This document shows, in pieces, positions 31,154-43,931 of a stretch of DNA of 64,000 nt; the stretch's first letter is position 1; the number at the start of each line of letters is the position of its first letter. This DNA comes from Burkholderiales bacterium (lineage in GTDB: Bacteria; Pseudomonadota; Gammaproteobacteria; Burkholderiales; SG8-39), in assembly GCA_014860355.1 (NCBI GenBank), contig JACZJV010000062.1:759-64758 (forward strand), given 5' to 3'. The position numbers and the translations under genes are program-made. The notes under the pieces are model-generated. The model was not told the DNA's origin and made no database searches. It worked only from the letters and a program-made list of their open reading frames with translations.

Positions 31154-31583
31154 TGAGATCGAGGCGCATCGCCACATGGGGAATGCCGGCTTCGATAAAC
31201 TCCGGCCCCGCGGCCTCGAAGCCGAAGCGCCGGTAGAATCCTGCGGCCTGAATCTGCGCGTTCAGGCGCACCGTCGCATGGCCATGGTCGCGCGCCAGTT
31301 TCACCAGTGCTTGCAGCAGCAGCGCCCCCACATCCAGGCCGCGCCATGCCTCCAACACCGCCATGCGCCCGATGTGACCATCGGGCAGCAGACGCGCGGT
31401 CCCGATCGCAAGGCCCTCGGGCGTATGCGCGAGCGCGTGCTCGCAATGCGGATCCTGCTCGTCGCACTCCAGCTCCAGCGGCACGCCCTGCTCGTGCACG
31501 AACACCAGCTCACGTACGCGGCGCGCCTCGGCGCGCGCCTCATCCCAATTGCAGATGCGGATGGAAAATGACGGTGTGAGCAT
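31119..31583 (-). CDS. GNAT family N-acetyltransferase
   Basis: RELVFVHEQGVPLELECDEQDPHCEHALA, GRMAVLEAWRGLDVGALLLQALV, GFYRRFGFEAAGPEFIEAGIPH. Confidence 0.88.
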   Translation of the reverse strand: MLTPSFSIRICNWDEARAEARRVRELVFVHEQGVPLELECDEQDPHCEHALAHTPEGLAIGTARLLPDGHIGRMAVLEAWRGLDVGALLLQALVKLARDHGHATVRLNAQIQAAGFYRRFGFEAAGPEFIEAGIPHVAMRLDLISARGESAGRP

Positions 31584-31619
31584 GCCGGTTATAATACCCG
31601 CCTTCCTGGTGAGACGATC

Positions 31620-33590
31620 ATGCTGAGCCTGTGGGACGACAACGAAGCGGCGCAATGCCGCGGTGAACTGGCGTTGCGCGTCTACACCTCGCGCCTGCTC
31701 GGGCGCGACAAGACCCTGGTGCTGCACGGCGGCGGCAACACCTCGGTCAAAGTGGTGGAAACAAACCTGTTCGGCGAGGACGAAAATGTTCTCTACATCA
31801 AGGGCAGCGGCTGGGATCTGGAGACCATGGAGGCGGCCGGATTCGCCCCGGTACGGCTGGATCATCTGCAGCGGCTGGCGCGGCTCGAATCGCTGTCGGA
31901 CACGCAGATGGTGAACCAGCTGGCGACGCATATGCTCAGGTCATCGGCGCCGGCACCCTCGGTGGAGACCATCCTGCACGCCTGCCTGCCCCACAGGTTT
32001 GTCGACCACACCCACGCCGACGCGGTGCTGGCGATCACCAATACCGCCGACGCAGAGCGGCGCGTGCGCGAGCTCTACGGCGATACGGTCGTGGTGATTC
32101 CCTATGCCATGCCGGGTTTCGACCTCGCCCGGCTGTGCGCGCAGGAGTACCCGCGCCAGGCCGGCGCCAACACCATAGGCATGGTGCTGATGAATCACGG
32201 CATTTTTTCCTTCGGCGACAGCGCGAGGCTATCCTACGAGCGCATGATAGCCCTGGTCGGCCGCGCCGAGGATTATCTCAAGCGCAAGCGCGCCTGGGAC
32301 ATCGCGGCGCGCGCCGCTGCGCCGGCCGGCATCGACATGCTGCAGCAGGCACAGCTGCGGCGCGCGCTGTCGGACGCCGCGGGCGCTCCCATGGTAATGG
32401 CAACGCATGCGGACGCGGAGGCGCTGGCTTTTGCACAGCGCGAGGACCTGGAAGCGCTGAGCCAGCAAGGGCCGGTTACGCCAGACCATATCATCCGCAC
32501 CAAGCGCGTACCCATGCTCGGCACCGACGTGGACGCCTACACGCGCGGCTACAAAGCCTATTTCGATGAGCACGCGCCGCAGGCCAGGGAAGCCAAGACC
32601 ATGCTCGATCCGGCGCCGCGCGTGGTGCTGGCTGCGCATTTCGGCCTGGCTGCGGCCGGCAGAAGCGCGAAAGACGCCGCCATAGTGGCCGAGTTGTACC
32701 GGCACAATATGCAGGTGATGCAGCGCGCCGAGGCTTTGGGCGGATATCGCGCCCTGCCTGCGCGAGACCTGTTCGAGGTCGAATACTGGGATCTGGAGCA
32801 GGCCAAGCTGAAAAAGGGCGGCACGCCCCCGCCCTATGCCGGCGAAATCGCGCTGGTGACGGGCGCGGCTTCCGGCATCGGCAAGGCCTGCGCAGTTGCC
32901 CTGCTCGCGCGCGGCGCGGCGGTGGTCGCATTGGATATCGATCCCGCGGTCGAGACAATGTTCCAGCGCAAGGATTTCCTGGGGCTGCGCTGTGATCTCA
33001 CCGACGAGCATGCGATAGGCCGGGCGCTTGAGAGCGCGGTGACAGCCTACGGCGGTCTGGACATGCTGGTGCTCAATGCGGGCATATTCGCCGCCAGCCG
33101 CAGGATCGACGAACTCGCCACCGACGAATGGCGCAGGGTGATGGCGATCAACCTCGACGCCAACCTGTTCCTGCTGCGCGCCTGCCATCCCCTGCTCAAG
33201 CTCGCGCCCAAAGGCGGGCGTGTGGTGGTCATAGGTTCCAAGAACGTGCCCGCTCCCGGGCCGGGCGCGGCGGCGTATTCGGCGTCCAAGGCCGCGCTCA
33301 ACCAGCTCGCCCGTGTCGCCGCGCTCGAATGGGGGGCGGACGGAATACGCATCAACTCACTGCATCCCAATGCGGTGTTCGATACCGGCATCTGGACCGA
33401 AGCGGTGCTGGCGCAGCGCGCCAGGCACTACGGACTGACGGTGAGCGAGTACAAGACCAATAATGTGCTCAAGACCGAGGTCAGGAGCCGCGACGTCGCC
33501 GAACTCGCTGCCGAAATGTGCGGGCCACTGTTCGCCAAGACCACGGCGGCGCAGGTGCCGGTGGACGGCGGCAACGAAAGGGTGATCTAG
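31620..33590 (+). CDS. Bifunctional class II aldolase / short-chain dehydrogenase
   Basis: N-terminal class II aldolase (VLHGGGNTSVK..., FVDHTHADAVLAIT) fused to C-terminal SDR (ALVTGAASGIGKACAVALLARGA, YSASKAALNQL). Confidence 0.9.
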   Translation: MLSLWDDNEAAQCRGELALRVYTSRLLGRDKTLVLHGGGNTSVKVVETNLFGEDENVLYIKGSGWDLETMEAAGFAPVRLDHLQRLARLESLSDTQMVNQLATHMLRSSAPAPSVETILHACLPHRFVDHTHADAVLAITNTADAERRVRELYGDTVVVIPYAMPGFDLARLCAQEYPRQAGANTIGMVLMNHGIFSFGDSARLSYERMIALVGRAEDYLKRKRAWDIAARAAAPAGIDMLQQAQLRRALSDAAGAPMVMATHADAEALAFAQREDLEALSQQGPVTPDHIIRTKRVPMLGTDVDAYTRGYKAYFDEHAPQAREAKTMLDPAPRVVLAAHFGLAAAGRSAKDAAIVAELYRHNMQVMQRAEALGGYRALPARDLFEVEYWDLEQAKLKKGGTPPPYAGEIALVTGAASGIGKACAVALLARGAAVVALDIDPAVETMFQRKDFLGLRCDLTDEHAIGRALESAVTAYGGLDMLVLNAGIFAASRRIDELATDEWRRVMAINLDANLFLLRACHPLLKLAPKGGRVVVIGSKNVPAPGPGAAAYSASKAALNQLARVAALEWGADGIRINSLHPNAVFDTGIWTEAVLAQRARHYGLTVSEYKTNNVLKTEVRSRDVAELAAEMCGPLFAKTTAAQVPVDGGNERVI

Positions 33591-33593
33591 GCA

Positions 33594-34634
33594 GTGCAAG
33601 TGGAAACCCTGCGCTGGCGCACAGGCCGGCTGGAACTGATCGATCAGCGGCGGCTGCCGCTGGAATTCGAATACGTCGCCTGCACCGATGCGCTGCAGAC
33701 CGCGGCGGCGATACGCGACATGGTGGTGCGCGGGGCGCCGGCGATCGGCTGCACCGCAGCCTATGGCGTGGCGCTGGAGGCGCAACGCCATGCGGGCGCG
33801 GCGCGCGCGCAGTTCGATACTGCGCTGCAAGCCGCATTCCGCGTGCTCGCTGCCAGCCGCCCTACCGCCGTCAACCTGTTCTGGGCAATCGAGCGAATGC
33901 GCCAGTGCCAGGTGCAGACCCGCAGCGGTTCTACCCGGGCGGCGGCCGACGCCATGCTCGAACTGGCGCATGCGATGCGTAGCGACGACATTGAAATATG
34001 CCGCGCGATCGGGCGCAACGGCGCACCGCTCATTGCGCAGGGCGCGCGCGTCATGACCCATTGCAACGCCGGCGCGCTTGCCACCGCGGGCCATGGCACG
34101 GCGCTGGGCGTGATCCGTTCGGCGCGCGACGCGGGCAAGCGCATCAGCGTGATCGCCAACGAAACCCGGCCCTATCTTCAGGGCGCGCGGCTTACTGCCT
34201 GGGAAATGGTGCAGGAAAACATTCCGGTGACCCTGGTGACGGACAACATGGCGGGCCACCTGATGCAGCTGGGCCGCGTCGATGTGGTCGTCGTCGGCGC
34301 CGACCGCATCGCGGTCAACGGCGACACCGCCAACAAGATAGGCACTTACACCGTCGCGGTGCTGGCCGAACGCCACCGAATACCGTTCTACGTGGCGGCA
34401 CCGCTTTCGACCATCGACATCGCCATCGCCGAGGGCAGCGCCATCCCGATCGAAGAGCGCGATCCGGCGGAGGTTACCGGTTTTCGCGGCCTGCACTGGG
34501 CACCCGAGGGCGTAGAGGTCGCCAACCCCGCTTTCGATGTCACGCCGGCCGCGCTGATCACCGGCATCATCACCGAAAGAGGCGTGATCATGCAGCCCGA
34601 TGCGAAGCAGATCCGCGCGCTGTTCGAAAACTGA
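33594..34634 (+). CDS. mtnA: S-methyl-5-thioribose-1-phosphate isomerase (MtnA; possibly acting on 5-deoxyribose-1-phosphate)
   Basis: IRDMVVRGAPAIGCTAAYGVAL, VMTHCNAGALATAGHGTALGVIR, VVVGADRIAVNGDTANKIGTY. Confidence 0.95.
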   Translation: MQVETLRWRTGRLELIDQRRLPLEFEYVACTDALQTAAAIRDMVVRGAPAIGCTAAYGVALEAQRHAGAARAQFDTALQAAFRVLAASRPTAVNLFWAIERMRQCQVQTRSGSTRAAADAMLELAHAMRSDDIEICRAIGRNGAPLIAQGARVMTHCNAGALATAGHGTALGVIRSARDAGKRISVIANETRPYLQGARLTAWEMVQENIPVTLVTDNMAGHLMQLGRVDVVVVGADRIAVNGDTANKIGTYTVAVLAERHRIPFYVAAPLSTIDIAIAEGSAIPIEERDPAEVTGFRGLHWAPEGVEVANPAFDVTPAALITGIITERGVIMQPDAKQIRALFEN

Positions 34635-35120
34635 TCAGGTCTCGAGGATCTCCACCGGCGTGCCCGGTGCTACCCGATCGAACAACTCGATGATGGCGCG
34701 GTTGTGCATGCGGATGCAGCCGATCGAGCCGGGGCTGCCCATTTGCGCATGGTCCGGACTGCCGTGGATATAGATGTAGCGCTGCATCGTGTCCACCTGG
34801 CCCAGGCGATTGAATCCCGGCTCGCAACCCGACAGCCAGAGTATGCGCGTCAGTATCCAGTCGCGGCCCGGATGGCGCTCACCCAGCGCCGGGGTGTAGA
34901 TCTCGCCGCTGGGCCTGCGTCCGATGAATATGGTGTTTTCCGCGACGCCTGCGCCGATTTTCGCGCGGATGATGTGGCGGCCGCGCGGCGTGCAATAACT
35001 GTCCTTCAGTTCCCCCGCGCCATTTCTGGACGTAGAAACAGAATAGCCGCGCAGCAAGCGGCCGCCCTCATCCAGCAGTTTCAGGGTTTGCCCGGCCAGG
35101 CTGATTTCTACGCGCGGCAT
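34635..35120 (-). CDS. L,D-transpeptidase (YkuD) family protein, no evident signal peptide
   Basis: IYIHGSPDHAQMGSPGSIGCIRMHNRAIIELFDRV catalytic region (HG...S.GC.R). Confidence 0.9.
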   Translation of the reverse strand: MPRVEISLAGQTLKLLDEGGRLLRGYSVSTSRNGAGELKDSYCTPRGRHIIRAKIGAGVAENTIFIGRRPSGEIYTPALGERHPGRDWILTRILWLSGCEPGFNRLGQVDTMQRYIYIHGSPDHAQMGSPGSIGCIRMHNRAIIELFDRVAPGTPVEILET

Positions 35121-35121
35121 C

Positions 35122-36013
<892 letters not shown>

Positions 36014-36242
36014 GGCCTTTCTCCTTTGGTCGACTGTCGCCAATTATACCTATTACCGCCATGCCCCGGCGTCCTCAGGAACCATGCAACCTGGCTGTGT
36101 GAATAGCGGCAACGATTGCGGGCGTTCCTTGCGCTCTCAAATGCAGGTAGGCATGATGCGCTATTGCTCCGGACGCCGTACTCGCCTTCCGGGGGAAGAC
36201 GGCGAGCCCATGCGGACAGTGAATACACAGCGGTTTGGATGA

Positions 36243-37826
36243 ATGAGTTTCATGATACCTATGCACCGCATCGAAGCGTACCTGCCGGGGGCCATATTGG
36301 TCGCAGCGCTGCTGGTCAGCGGCTGCGCCAGTCTTCCGCTTGAGGTCGAGCGCAGCGAGTCGCACGCGTTGCGCGACACCGAATCGACCCGGCTGGGCGA
36401 GGCAAGCCAGGCCGCGCGCAAGGCGCACCCCGGAGAGAGCGGTTTTCGCCCGCTGCCGAACGGGGTCGAGGCGCTGCTCGCGCGCATCGTGCTGGCCGAG
36501 GCGGCCGAGCGCTCGCTAGACGTGCAGTACTACATCTGGCATGACGATCTGAGCGGGCGCCACTTCGCCCATGCGCTGTTGCGCGCGGCCGACCGCGGCG
36601 TGCGCGTGCGCATCCTGATCGACGATGTCGGCGCGCGGGCGAACGACGAGGTGCTGCTGGCGCTCGATGCACACGCCAATATCGAGATCCGGCTTTTCAA
36701 CCCGGTCGCCGCGCGCACTTTCCGCGGGCTGGGCATGCTCGCCGATTTTTCGCGCGTCAACCGGCGCATGCACAACAAGGCCCTCGTCGCCGACAATCAG
36801 GCTGCCATACTGGGCGGGCGCAACATCGGCGACGAATATTTCGGGGCCCACGGCGAGGTCGCTTTCGGCGACCTGGACGTGCTCACGCTCGGTGCCGGTG
36901 TCGACAAGGTGTCGGAATCGTTCGATCGCTACTGGAGCGCGCCATTGACGATCCCCGTGCGCGCGCTGCTCGGCCGCAGCGGCCTCGCCGTGAGCCTGGA
37001 TACGCTGCGCGCCGCGCTCGCCGCTTTCGTCGAAGCGCAGCGCGACAGCCCCTACGTCGCGCAGGCAAGAGCCCGGCTGGCGGAGCAACTGGTGGCGGGG
37101 ACAGGCGGCTACTACTGGGGAAAAGCGCATCTGCTCTATGACGACCCGGGCAAGATCGAGCGTGCGCCTGCGGATACCGAGGGGCATTTGCTGCCCCAGT
37201 TCGCCGGGCTGGGCTTGCGCAGCGAAACCGAACTATTGATCGTTTCGCCCTATTTCATTCCCGGCGACGCGGGCGTGGCCTGGCTGCGCGGGCTGGTAGC
37301 GCGCGGCGTGCGCGTTACCGTGCTGACCAATTCTCTCGCTGCGACCGACGTCGGCGCAGTGCATTCGGGCTATCAGCGCTACCGCTTGCCTTTGCTCGAA
37401 GCCGGTGTAGTACTCTATGAACTCAGGCCCGACATGATCGAACGCGCGAGCGCCAGACCCCGGACCAGCGGCGTCGGCAGTTCGCGCGCCTCGCTGCACG
37501 CCAAGACCTTCGTGTTCGACCGGCGCGCGGTATTCATCGGTTCGCTCAACCTCGATCCGCGTTCGGTAGAACTCAATACGGAAATCGGCCTCGTGTGCGA
37601 GAGTGCGCCTCTGGCCGAGGCCCTGGCCACAGCGCTGGAGCGGGAACTCGACAACATCGCCTGGCGTCTGGAGCGCAGCGCCGATGCTGCCGGCAGCGCG
37701 CGCATTGCCTGGGTGGAGAAAAGCGCCGCAGGCGTGCGCCGGCATACGGAAGAACCCGGGGTCAGTGCCTGGCGCAAGCTCTCGGTGTGGTTCCTCGGCT
37801 TGCTGCCGATCGAATCCCAGCTCTAG
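36243..37826 (+). CDS. Phospholipase D family lipoprotein (cardiolipin synthase ClsC-like)
   Basis: Lipobox-like VSGCAS; two HKD motifs, HNKALVADNQAAILGGRNIGDEYF and HAKTFVFDRRAVFIGSLNLDPRS. Confidence 0.9.
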   Translation: MSFMIPMHRIEAYLPGAILVAALLVSGCASLPLEVERSESHALRDTESTRLGEASQAARKAHPGESGFRPLPNGVEALLARIVLAEAAERSLDVQYYIWHDDLSGRHFAHALLRAADRGVRVRILIDDVGARANDEVLLALDAHANIEIRLFNPVAARTFRGLGMLADFSRVNRRMHNKALVADNQAAILGGRNIGDEYFGAHGEVAFGDLDVLTLGAGVDKVSESFDRYWSAPLTIPVRALLGRSGLAVSLDTLRAALAAFVEAQRDSPYVAQARARLAEQLVAGTGGYYWGKAHLLYDDPGKIERAPADTEGHLLPQFAGLGLRSETELLIVSPYFIPGDAGVAWLRGLVARGVRVTVLTNSLAATDVGAVHSGYQRYRLPLLEAGVVLYELRPDMIERASARPRTSGVGSSRASLHAKTFVFDRRAVFIGSLNLDPRSVELNTEIGLVCESAPLAEALATALERELDNIAWRLERSADAAGSARIAWVEKSAAGVRRHTEEPGVSAWRKLSVWFLGLLPIESQL

Positions 37827-37918
37827 CGCCGGGATTTCCGACAGCTGACCGCAGACCCATCGATGCGCCTCCGGCTGCACCTGCGATACGCCAGCGCGCC
37901 GAGCGTCCCGGCGCCGGC

Positions 37919-39292
37919 ATGAGAACATCGGGCACCGACGCCGACGGCCTGCCGCTGCCGCAGCGCTACTGGGCGATCGCCACCGTGGCGCTGGGCATCA
38001 CGATGGCGGTGCTAGACAGCTCCATCGCAAACGTGGCGCTGCCGACCATCGCCAGGGATTTGAACGCCGCCCCGGCCGATTCCATCTGGGTGGTCAATGC
38101 CTATCAGCTGGTCATCACCATCCTCATGCTGCCGCTCGCCTCGCTCGGTGAGATAGTCGGCTATCGCCGCGTCTACCGCGTCGGGCTAGTCGTGTTCACC
38201 CTGGCCTCGCTAGGCTGCGCCTTGTCCGATTCACTCGTCATGCTGAGCGCGGCGCGGGTGTTGCAGGGCGTGGGCGCGGCGGGCATGCTGAGCGTCAACG
38301 GCGCACTCGTGCGCTACATATACCCGCCCGGCCTGCTCGGCCGCGGTATCGGCATCAACGCACTGGTCGTCGCGGTCTCGGCGGCGCTAGGCCCGACCGT
38401 CGCCGCCGGCATTCTGTCGATCGCCTCCTGGCCCTGGCTGTTCGCGGTCAACGTTCCCATTGCCATCGCCACCCTGTTCGCGGCGCGCAAACTGCCGCGC
38501 ACGCCGCGCTCCAGCCGGCGCTTCGACTGGTCCAGCGCGCTGCTGAACGCGCTTTTTTTCGGCCTGCTGATCATCGCAGTCGATTACTTCGGCCACGGGG
38601 GACGTCCGCTTTACGCCCTGCTCGCCGTCGCTGGCGCCGCGCTTGCGGGCGTGGCGCTGGTGCTGCGCCAGCTGCCGCAGACCTCTCCGCTGCTCCCGGT
38701 CGATCTGCTGCGCATCCCGATGTTCGCGCTGTCGATTGCGACGTCGATCTGCTCCTTTACGGCGCAGATGCTGGCCTACGTTTCGATCCCCTTCTATTTC
38801 CAGCACCTGCTCGGCCGCACGGACGTGGAGACCGGACTGCTGATGACGCCCTGGCCGCTGGCGGCGGCAGTGGTGGCGCCCATAGCCGGAAGGCTGGCAG
38901 ACCGGCACCCGGCCGGCATACTCGGCGCACTCGGCCTCGTCCTTTTCGCCGCGGGCCTGGGAATGCTCGCGCTGCTGCCGGCGGCGCCCAGCGACGCCGA
39001 CATCATCTGGCGCATGGCGCTATGCGGTGCCGGATTCGGCCTGTTCCAGTCCCCCAACAACCGCGTGATCATGACTTCCGCGCCGCGCGAGCGCAGCGGC
39101 GGAGCGAGCGGCATGCTGGGCACGGCGCGGCTGCTCGGCCAGACCACAGGTGCCGCATTGGTGGCGCTGATGTTCAGCCTGTTCGGCGAGCGCGCGAACG
39201 TCTGGGCGCTGGGCCTGGCGGCCGGCATCGCGCTCCTGGCTGCGGCGGTGAGCAGTTCGCGGCTGGTCAAATCCTCCCGTGGCAAGGGTTAA
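37919..39292 (+). CDS. MFS transporter, DHA2/EmrB-type drug efflux family
   Basis: LGITMAVLDSSIANVALPTIARDL and R-x-x-QGVGAA motif C; 14-TM-like hydrophobic pattern. Confidence 0.9.
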   Translation: MRTSGTDADGLPLPQRYWAIATVALGITMAVLDSSIANVALPTIARDLNAAPADSIWVVNAYQLVITILMLPLASLGEIVGYRRVYRVGLVVFTLASLGCALSDSLVMLSAARVLQGVGAAGMLSVNGALVRYIYPPGLLGRGIGINALVVAVSAALGPTVAAGILSIASWPWLFAVNVPIAIATLFAARKLPRTPRSSRRFDWSSALLNALFFGLLIIAVDYFGHGGRPLYALLAVAGAALAGVALVLRQLPQTSPLLPVDLLRIPMFALSIATSICSFTAQMLAYVSIPFYFQHLLGRTDVETGLLMTPWPLAAAVVAPIAGRLADRHPAGILGALGLVLFAAGLGMLALLPAAPSDADIIWRMALCGAGFGLFQSPNNRVIMTSAPRERSGGASGMLGTARLLGQTTGAALVALMFSLFGERANVWALGLAAGIALLAAAVSSSRLVKSSRGKG

Positions 39293-39339
39293 GGAACCAG
39301 CGTCCCAGGTCTAGGCACAGCCTCGACGGCCCGCGCGTT

Positions 39340-40920
39340 TTATTCCCACTCTATGGTCGCAGGCGGCTTGCCGCAGATGTCGTAGACCACGCGGTTGATG
39401 CCGCGCACCTCGTTGATGATGCGGTTCGACACCTTACCCAGCAGTTCGTGCGGCAGGTGCGCCCAATGGGCAGTCATGAAGTCCTGCGTCTGCACCGCGC
39501 GCAGCGCCACCACGTATTCGTAGGTGCGCCCGTCGCCCATCACGCCCACCGCCTTCACCGGCAGGAACACGGCGAACGCCTGCGAGGTGGCGTCGTACCA
39601 GCTGCGTCCCTCGCCGTCGCGCGCCGCACGCAGTTCCTCGATGAATATGGCATCGGCGCGGCGCAGCAGATCGGCATACTCGTGCTTCACCTCGCCGAGG
39701 ATGCGCACGCCCAGCCCGGGTCCGGGGAAAGGGTGGCGGTAGACCATGTCGTGGGGCAGGCCGAGGGCGATCCCGAGTTCGCGCACCTCGTCCTTGAACA
39801 ATTCGCGCAGCGGCTCGAGCAGCTTCAGGTGCAGGGTGTCGGGCAAACCGCCGACGTTGTGGTGCGACTTGATGTTAGTCGCCTTTTTGGTCTTGGCCCC
39901 GGCGGACTCGATCACATCGGGATAAATGGTGCCCTGCGCCAGCCATTTGGCGTTCCTGATTTTGGCCGCCTCGCGCTGGAACACTTCGACGAATTCGCGT
40001 CCGATGATCTTGCGCTTTTGCTCCGGATCGGCGACCCCGGCGAGCTTGCCCATGAACTGCGCGCTGTCGTCGATGTGGATCACCTTGACGCCCAGGCTCC
40101 TGGCGAAAGTCGCCATCACCTGCTCGGCCTCGTTCAGCCGCAGCAGTCCGTGGTCGACGAACACGCAGGTGAGCTTCGCGCCGATGGCGCGGTGGATCAG
40201 GGCGGCGGCAACGGAGGAATCGACTCCGCCCGAAAGCCCGAGGATCACTTCGTCCGTGCCCACCTGCTCGCGTATGCGTGCGATCGCCTCGGACACGTAA
40301 TCGGGCATGTTCCAGTCGCCTGCGCAGCCGCAGATATCGTTGACGAAGCGCCTGAGTATGGCCGTTCCCTGCAGCGTGTGCGTGACCTCGGGATGGAACT
40401 GCACCGCGTAGTAGCCGCGCGCCTCGTCCGCCATCGCCGCGATCGGGCAGGAATCGGTGGAAGCCATGAGCTTGAAGCCGGCGGGCATTTGCGTGACTTT
40501 GTCGCCGTGGCTCATCCATACCTTGAGCATACCGTGGCCCTCGGGGGTGCGGAAATCCTCGATGCCCTCGAACAGGCGGGTGTGGCCGCGCGCGCGCACC
40601 TCGGCGTAGCCGAATTCGCGCACCTTGCCCGCCTCGACCTTGCCGCCCAGCTGCCCGGCCATGGTCTGCATGCCGTAGCAGATGCCCAGCACCGGCACGC
40701 CCAGATCGAATACCGCCTGGGGGGCGCGCGCGCTGGCGTCCTCGTTCACCGACAGGTGGCTGCCGGACAGGATCACGCCCCTGGCGCCGAAATCGCGCAC
40801 GAACTGCGCGCTGACGTCATAGGGATGGATTTCGCAATAGACGCGCGCTTCGCGCACGCGCCGCGCAATCAATTGCGTGTACTGGGCGCCGAAATCGAGG
40901 ATGAGGATTTTCTGATGCAT
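39340..40920 (-). CDS. guaA: GMP synthase (glutamine-hydrolysing)
   Basis: [34 protein letters not shown]-like [19 protein letters not shown]-terminal [28 protein letters not shown]. Confidence 0.98.
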   Translation of the reverse strand: MHQKILILDFGAQYTQLIARRVREARVYCEIHPYDVSAQFVRDFGARGVILSGSHLSVNEDASARAPQAVFDLGVPVLGICYGMQTMAGQLGGKVEAGKVREFGYAEVRARGHTRLFEGIEDFRTPEGHGMLKVWMSHGDKVTQMPAGFKLMASTDSCPIAAMADEARGYYAVQFHPEVTHTLQGTAILRRFVNDICGCAGDWNMPDYVSEAIARIREQVGTDEVILGLSGGVDSSVAAALIHRAIGAKLTCVFVDHGLLRLNEAEQVMATFARSLGVKVIHIDDSAQFMGKLAGVADPEQKRKIIGREFVEVFQREAAKIRNAKWLAQGTIYPDVIESAGAKTKKATNIKSHHNVGGLPDTLHLKLLEPLRELFKDEVRELGIALGLPHDMVYRHPFPGPGLGVRILGEVKHEYADLLRRADAIFIEELRAARDGEGRSWYDATSQAFAVFLPVKAVGVMGDGRTYEYVVALRAVQTQDFMTAHWAHLPHELLGKVSNRIINEVRGINRVVYDICGKPPATIEWE

Positions 40921-41009
40921 GCTCGGGCTTTCAATAACGGAAGGGCCGGGCGCGCCGCAGGCGGCACGACCGGCCCCGGGTCATGGGATCGGGTGGCGAT
41001 TGGGCAAGA

Positions 41010-42470
<1,461 letters not shown>

Positions 42471-42634
42471 ATGCAAAACTCCTGGCCGCAAAGCCGCATT
42501 ATACGCGCCTGTCGCTGGTCGGCAAACAAGCTGCGACTGAAACCGAATGCCGGGTCGGCGCGTTAAGTCATTTGACGGGGCGGCGAAAAGCCGCTACTTT
42601 TTGGCTGCTTGGTTTAAATGGAAGGTATCCCCGC

Positions 42635-43126
42635 ATGAATCGACTTTCGGTGGCAATCTGGCTGGTGCTGTGCGTGGCGCTGCCCGCATCCGCCCAGATG
42701 TACAAGTGGGTGGATTCGAACGGGAAGGTGCATTATTCGGACAAGGCCCCGCCGGGCAACGTCAAATCCGAAACGCTGCGCGAGGCAGCCCGCCCCCCCG
42801 GCCCGCCTGCGACCGGCGTAGCCAAGGAGGATGCGAACAAGGACGCGGCCAAGGCCGGGCCCAAAACGACGGCGGAGCAGGATCAGGCGTTTCGCAAGCG
42901 CCAGGCGGAAGAGGCCAAAGCGCGGGAGAAGCAGGACGAGGCAGAGAAGATCGCCCGCGACCGGGCCGAGAACTGCAAGCGCGCAAGGGCGGCGGCGGCC
43001 AATCTGGAATTGGGCGGGCGCCAGCTCCGTGTCGACGAAAAAGGCGAGCGCGTATACCTCACGGATGCGCAAATCGCCGAGGAAACCGCCAAGGCGAAGC
43101 AGGAAGCAGCGGCCGCCTGCAAGTAG
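42635..43126 (+). CDS. Exported DUF4124 domain protein
   Basis: Signal peptide then QMYKWVDSNGKVHYSDKAPPGNVKSE. Confidence 0.85.
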   Translation: MNRLSVAIWLVLCVALPASAQMYKWVDSNGKVHYSDKAPPGNVKSETLREAARPPGPPATGVAKEDANKDAAKAGPKTTAEQDQAFRKRQAEEAKAREKQDEAEKIARDRAENCKRARAAAANLELGGRQLRVDEKGERVYLTDAQIAEETAKAKQEAAAACK

Positions 43127-43129
43127 GGA

Positions 43130-43399
43130 CTATTTGCGCGATTTTGCCGCACGCTCGCGCCGGGCTTTCTTCGGATCGTCAAGCAAGGGTCGATAGAGTT
43201 CCACGCGGTCCCGGTCGTGCAGCCTGGTTTCCGGGCTTGCCGGCCTACCCCATATCCCGGCGCGGCTGAACTCGATCTGCGGCTCACGCCGGAGCAAACC
43301 GCTGGCCTCGATCGCGTCCAGCACCGTGCTGCCGGGGGCGAGTTCGAGCTCCAACAGTTCCTGCTTCTGCGCCAGCGCGTAGGCCACTTCGATGCGCAT
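43130..43399 (-). CDS. rnfH: RnfH family (UPF0125) protein
   Basis: IEVAYALAQKQELLELELAPGSTVLDAIEASGLL...DRVELYRPLLDDPKKARR. Confidence 0.88.
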   Translation of the reverse strand: MRIEVAYALAQKQELLELELAPGSTVLDAIEASGLLRREPQIEFSRAGIWGRPASPETRLHDRDRVELYRPLLDDPKKARRERAAKSRK

Positions 43400-43401
43400 G
43401 C

Positions 43402-43839
43402 CTAAGCCGCACCGTACAGTGCTGCTGCCCGCTTGACGAAGACTTCGACCAGGGTATTGGCGATGTGATTGAACACCGGTCCGGCAATCTTCTCCACCAG
43501 CTTGCCGGAGAGTTCATAGCTCAAGCGGAATTCGACTTTGCACGCCTGCTCCGATAGCGGAACGAAGCGCCAGAACCCGTCCAGGTGCTTGAACGGGCCG
43601 TTCATCAGCTTCATGTCGATCAGCGCGCCCTCGTCCATCTGATTCTCGGTGGTGAAGTGCAGGCGCAGGCCGTGATAGTTGACATGCAGTGTCGCCGCAG
43701 CCCGATGCGGGTCCAGTCGTTTCACCTCGGTGCCGCTGCACCAGGGCAGAAACTGCGGATACGCGTCTACGTCCGCCACCATCGCGTACATTTCGGCCGC
43801 GCTATGGCTTATCAGTACCGATTTTTCGACTATGGCCAT
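43402..43839 (-). CDS. RatA/PasT-like ribosome-association START-domain protein
   Basis: VEKSVLISHSAAEMYAMVADVDAYPQFLPWCSGTEV; adjacent to rnfH and smpB. Confidence 0.9.
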   Translation of the reverse strand: MAIVEKSVLISHSAAEMYAMVADVDAYPQFLPWCSGTEVKRLDPHRAAATLHVNYHGLRLHFTTENQMDEGALIDMKLMNGPFKHLDGFWRFVPLSEQACKVEFRLSYELSGKLVEKIAGPVFNHIANTLVEVFVKRAAALYGAA

Positions 43840-43931
43840 GAAGGCGCGACGCAACTGTTAAAATTGCCTAAACTCGGCAAGCCGGAACTAGGCAAAGTGC
43901 CTCCGGCGAAGGAAAAACCCTAATCCCACGA

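Noticed and set aside
42596-42622. Terminator-like gcggc-gaaaa-gccgc followed by tactttttgg
   Set aside because: Short 5-bp stem with interrupted T-run, upstream of the DUF4124 gene; not convincing as a terminator.
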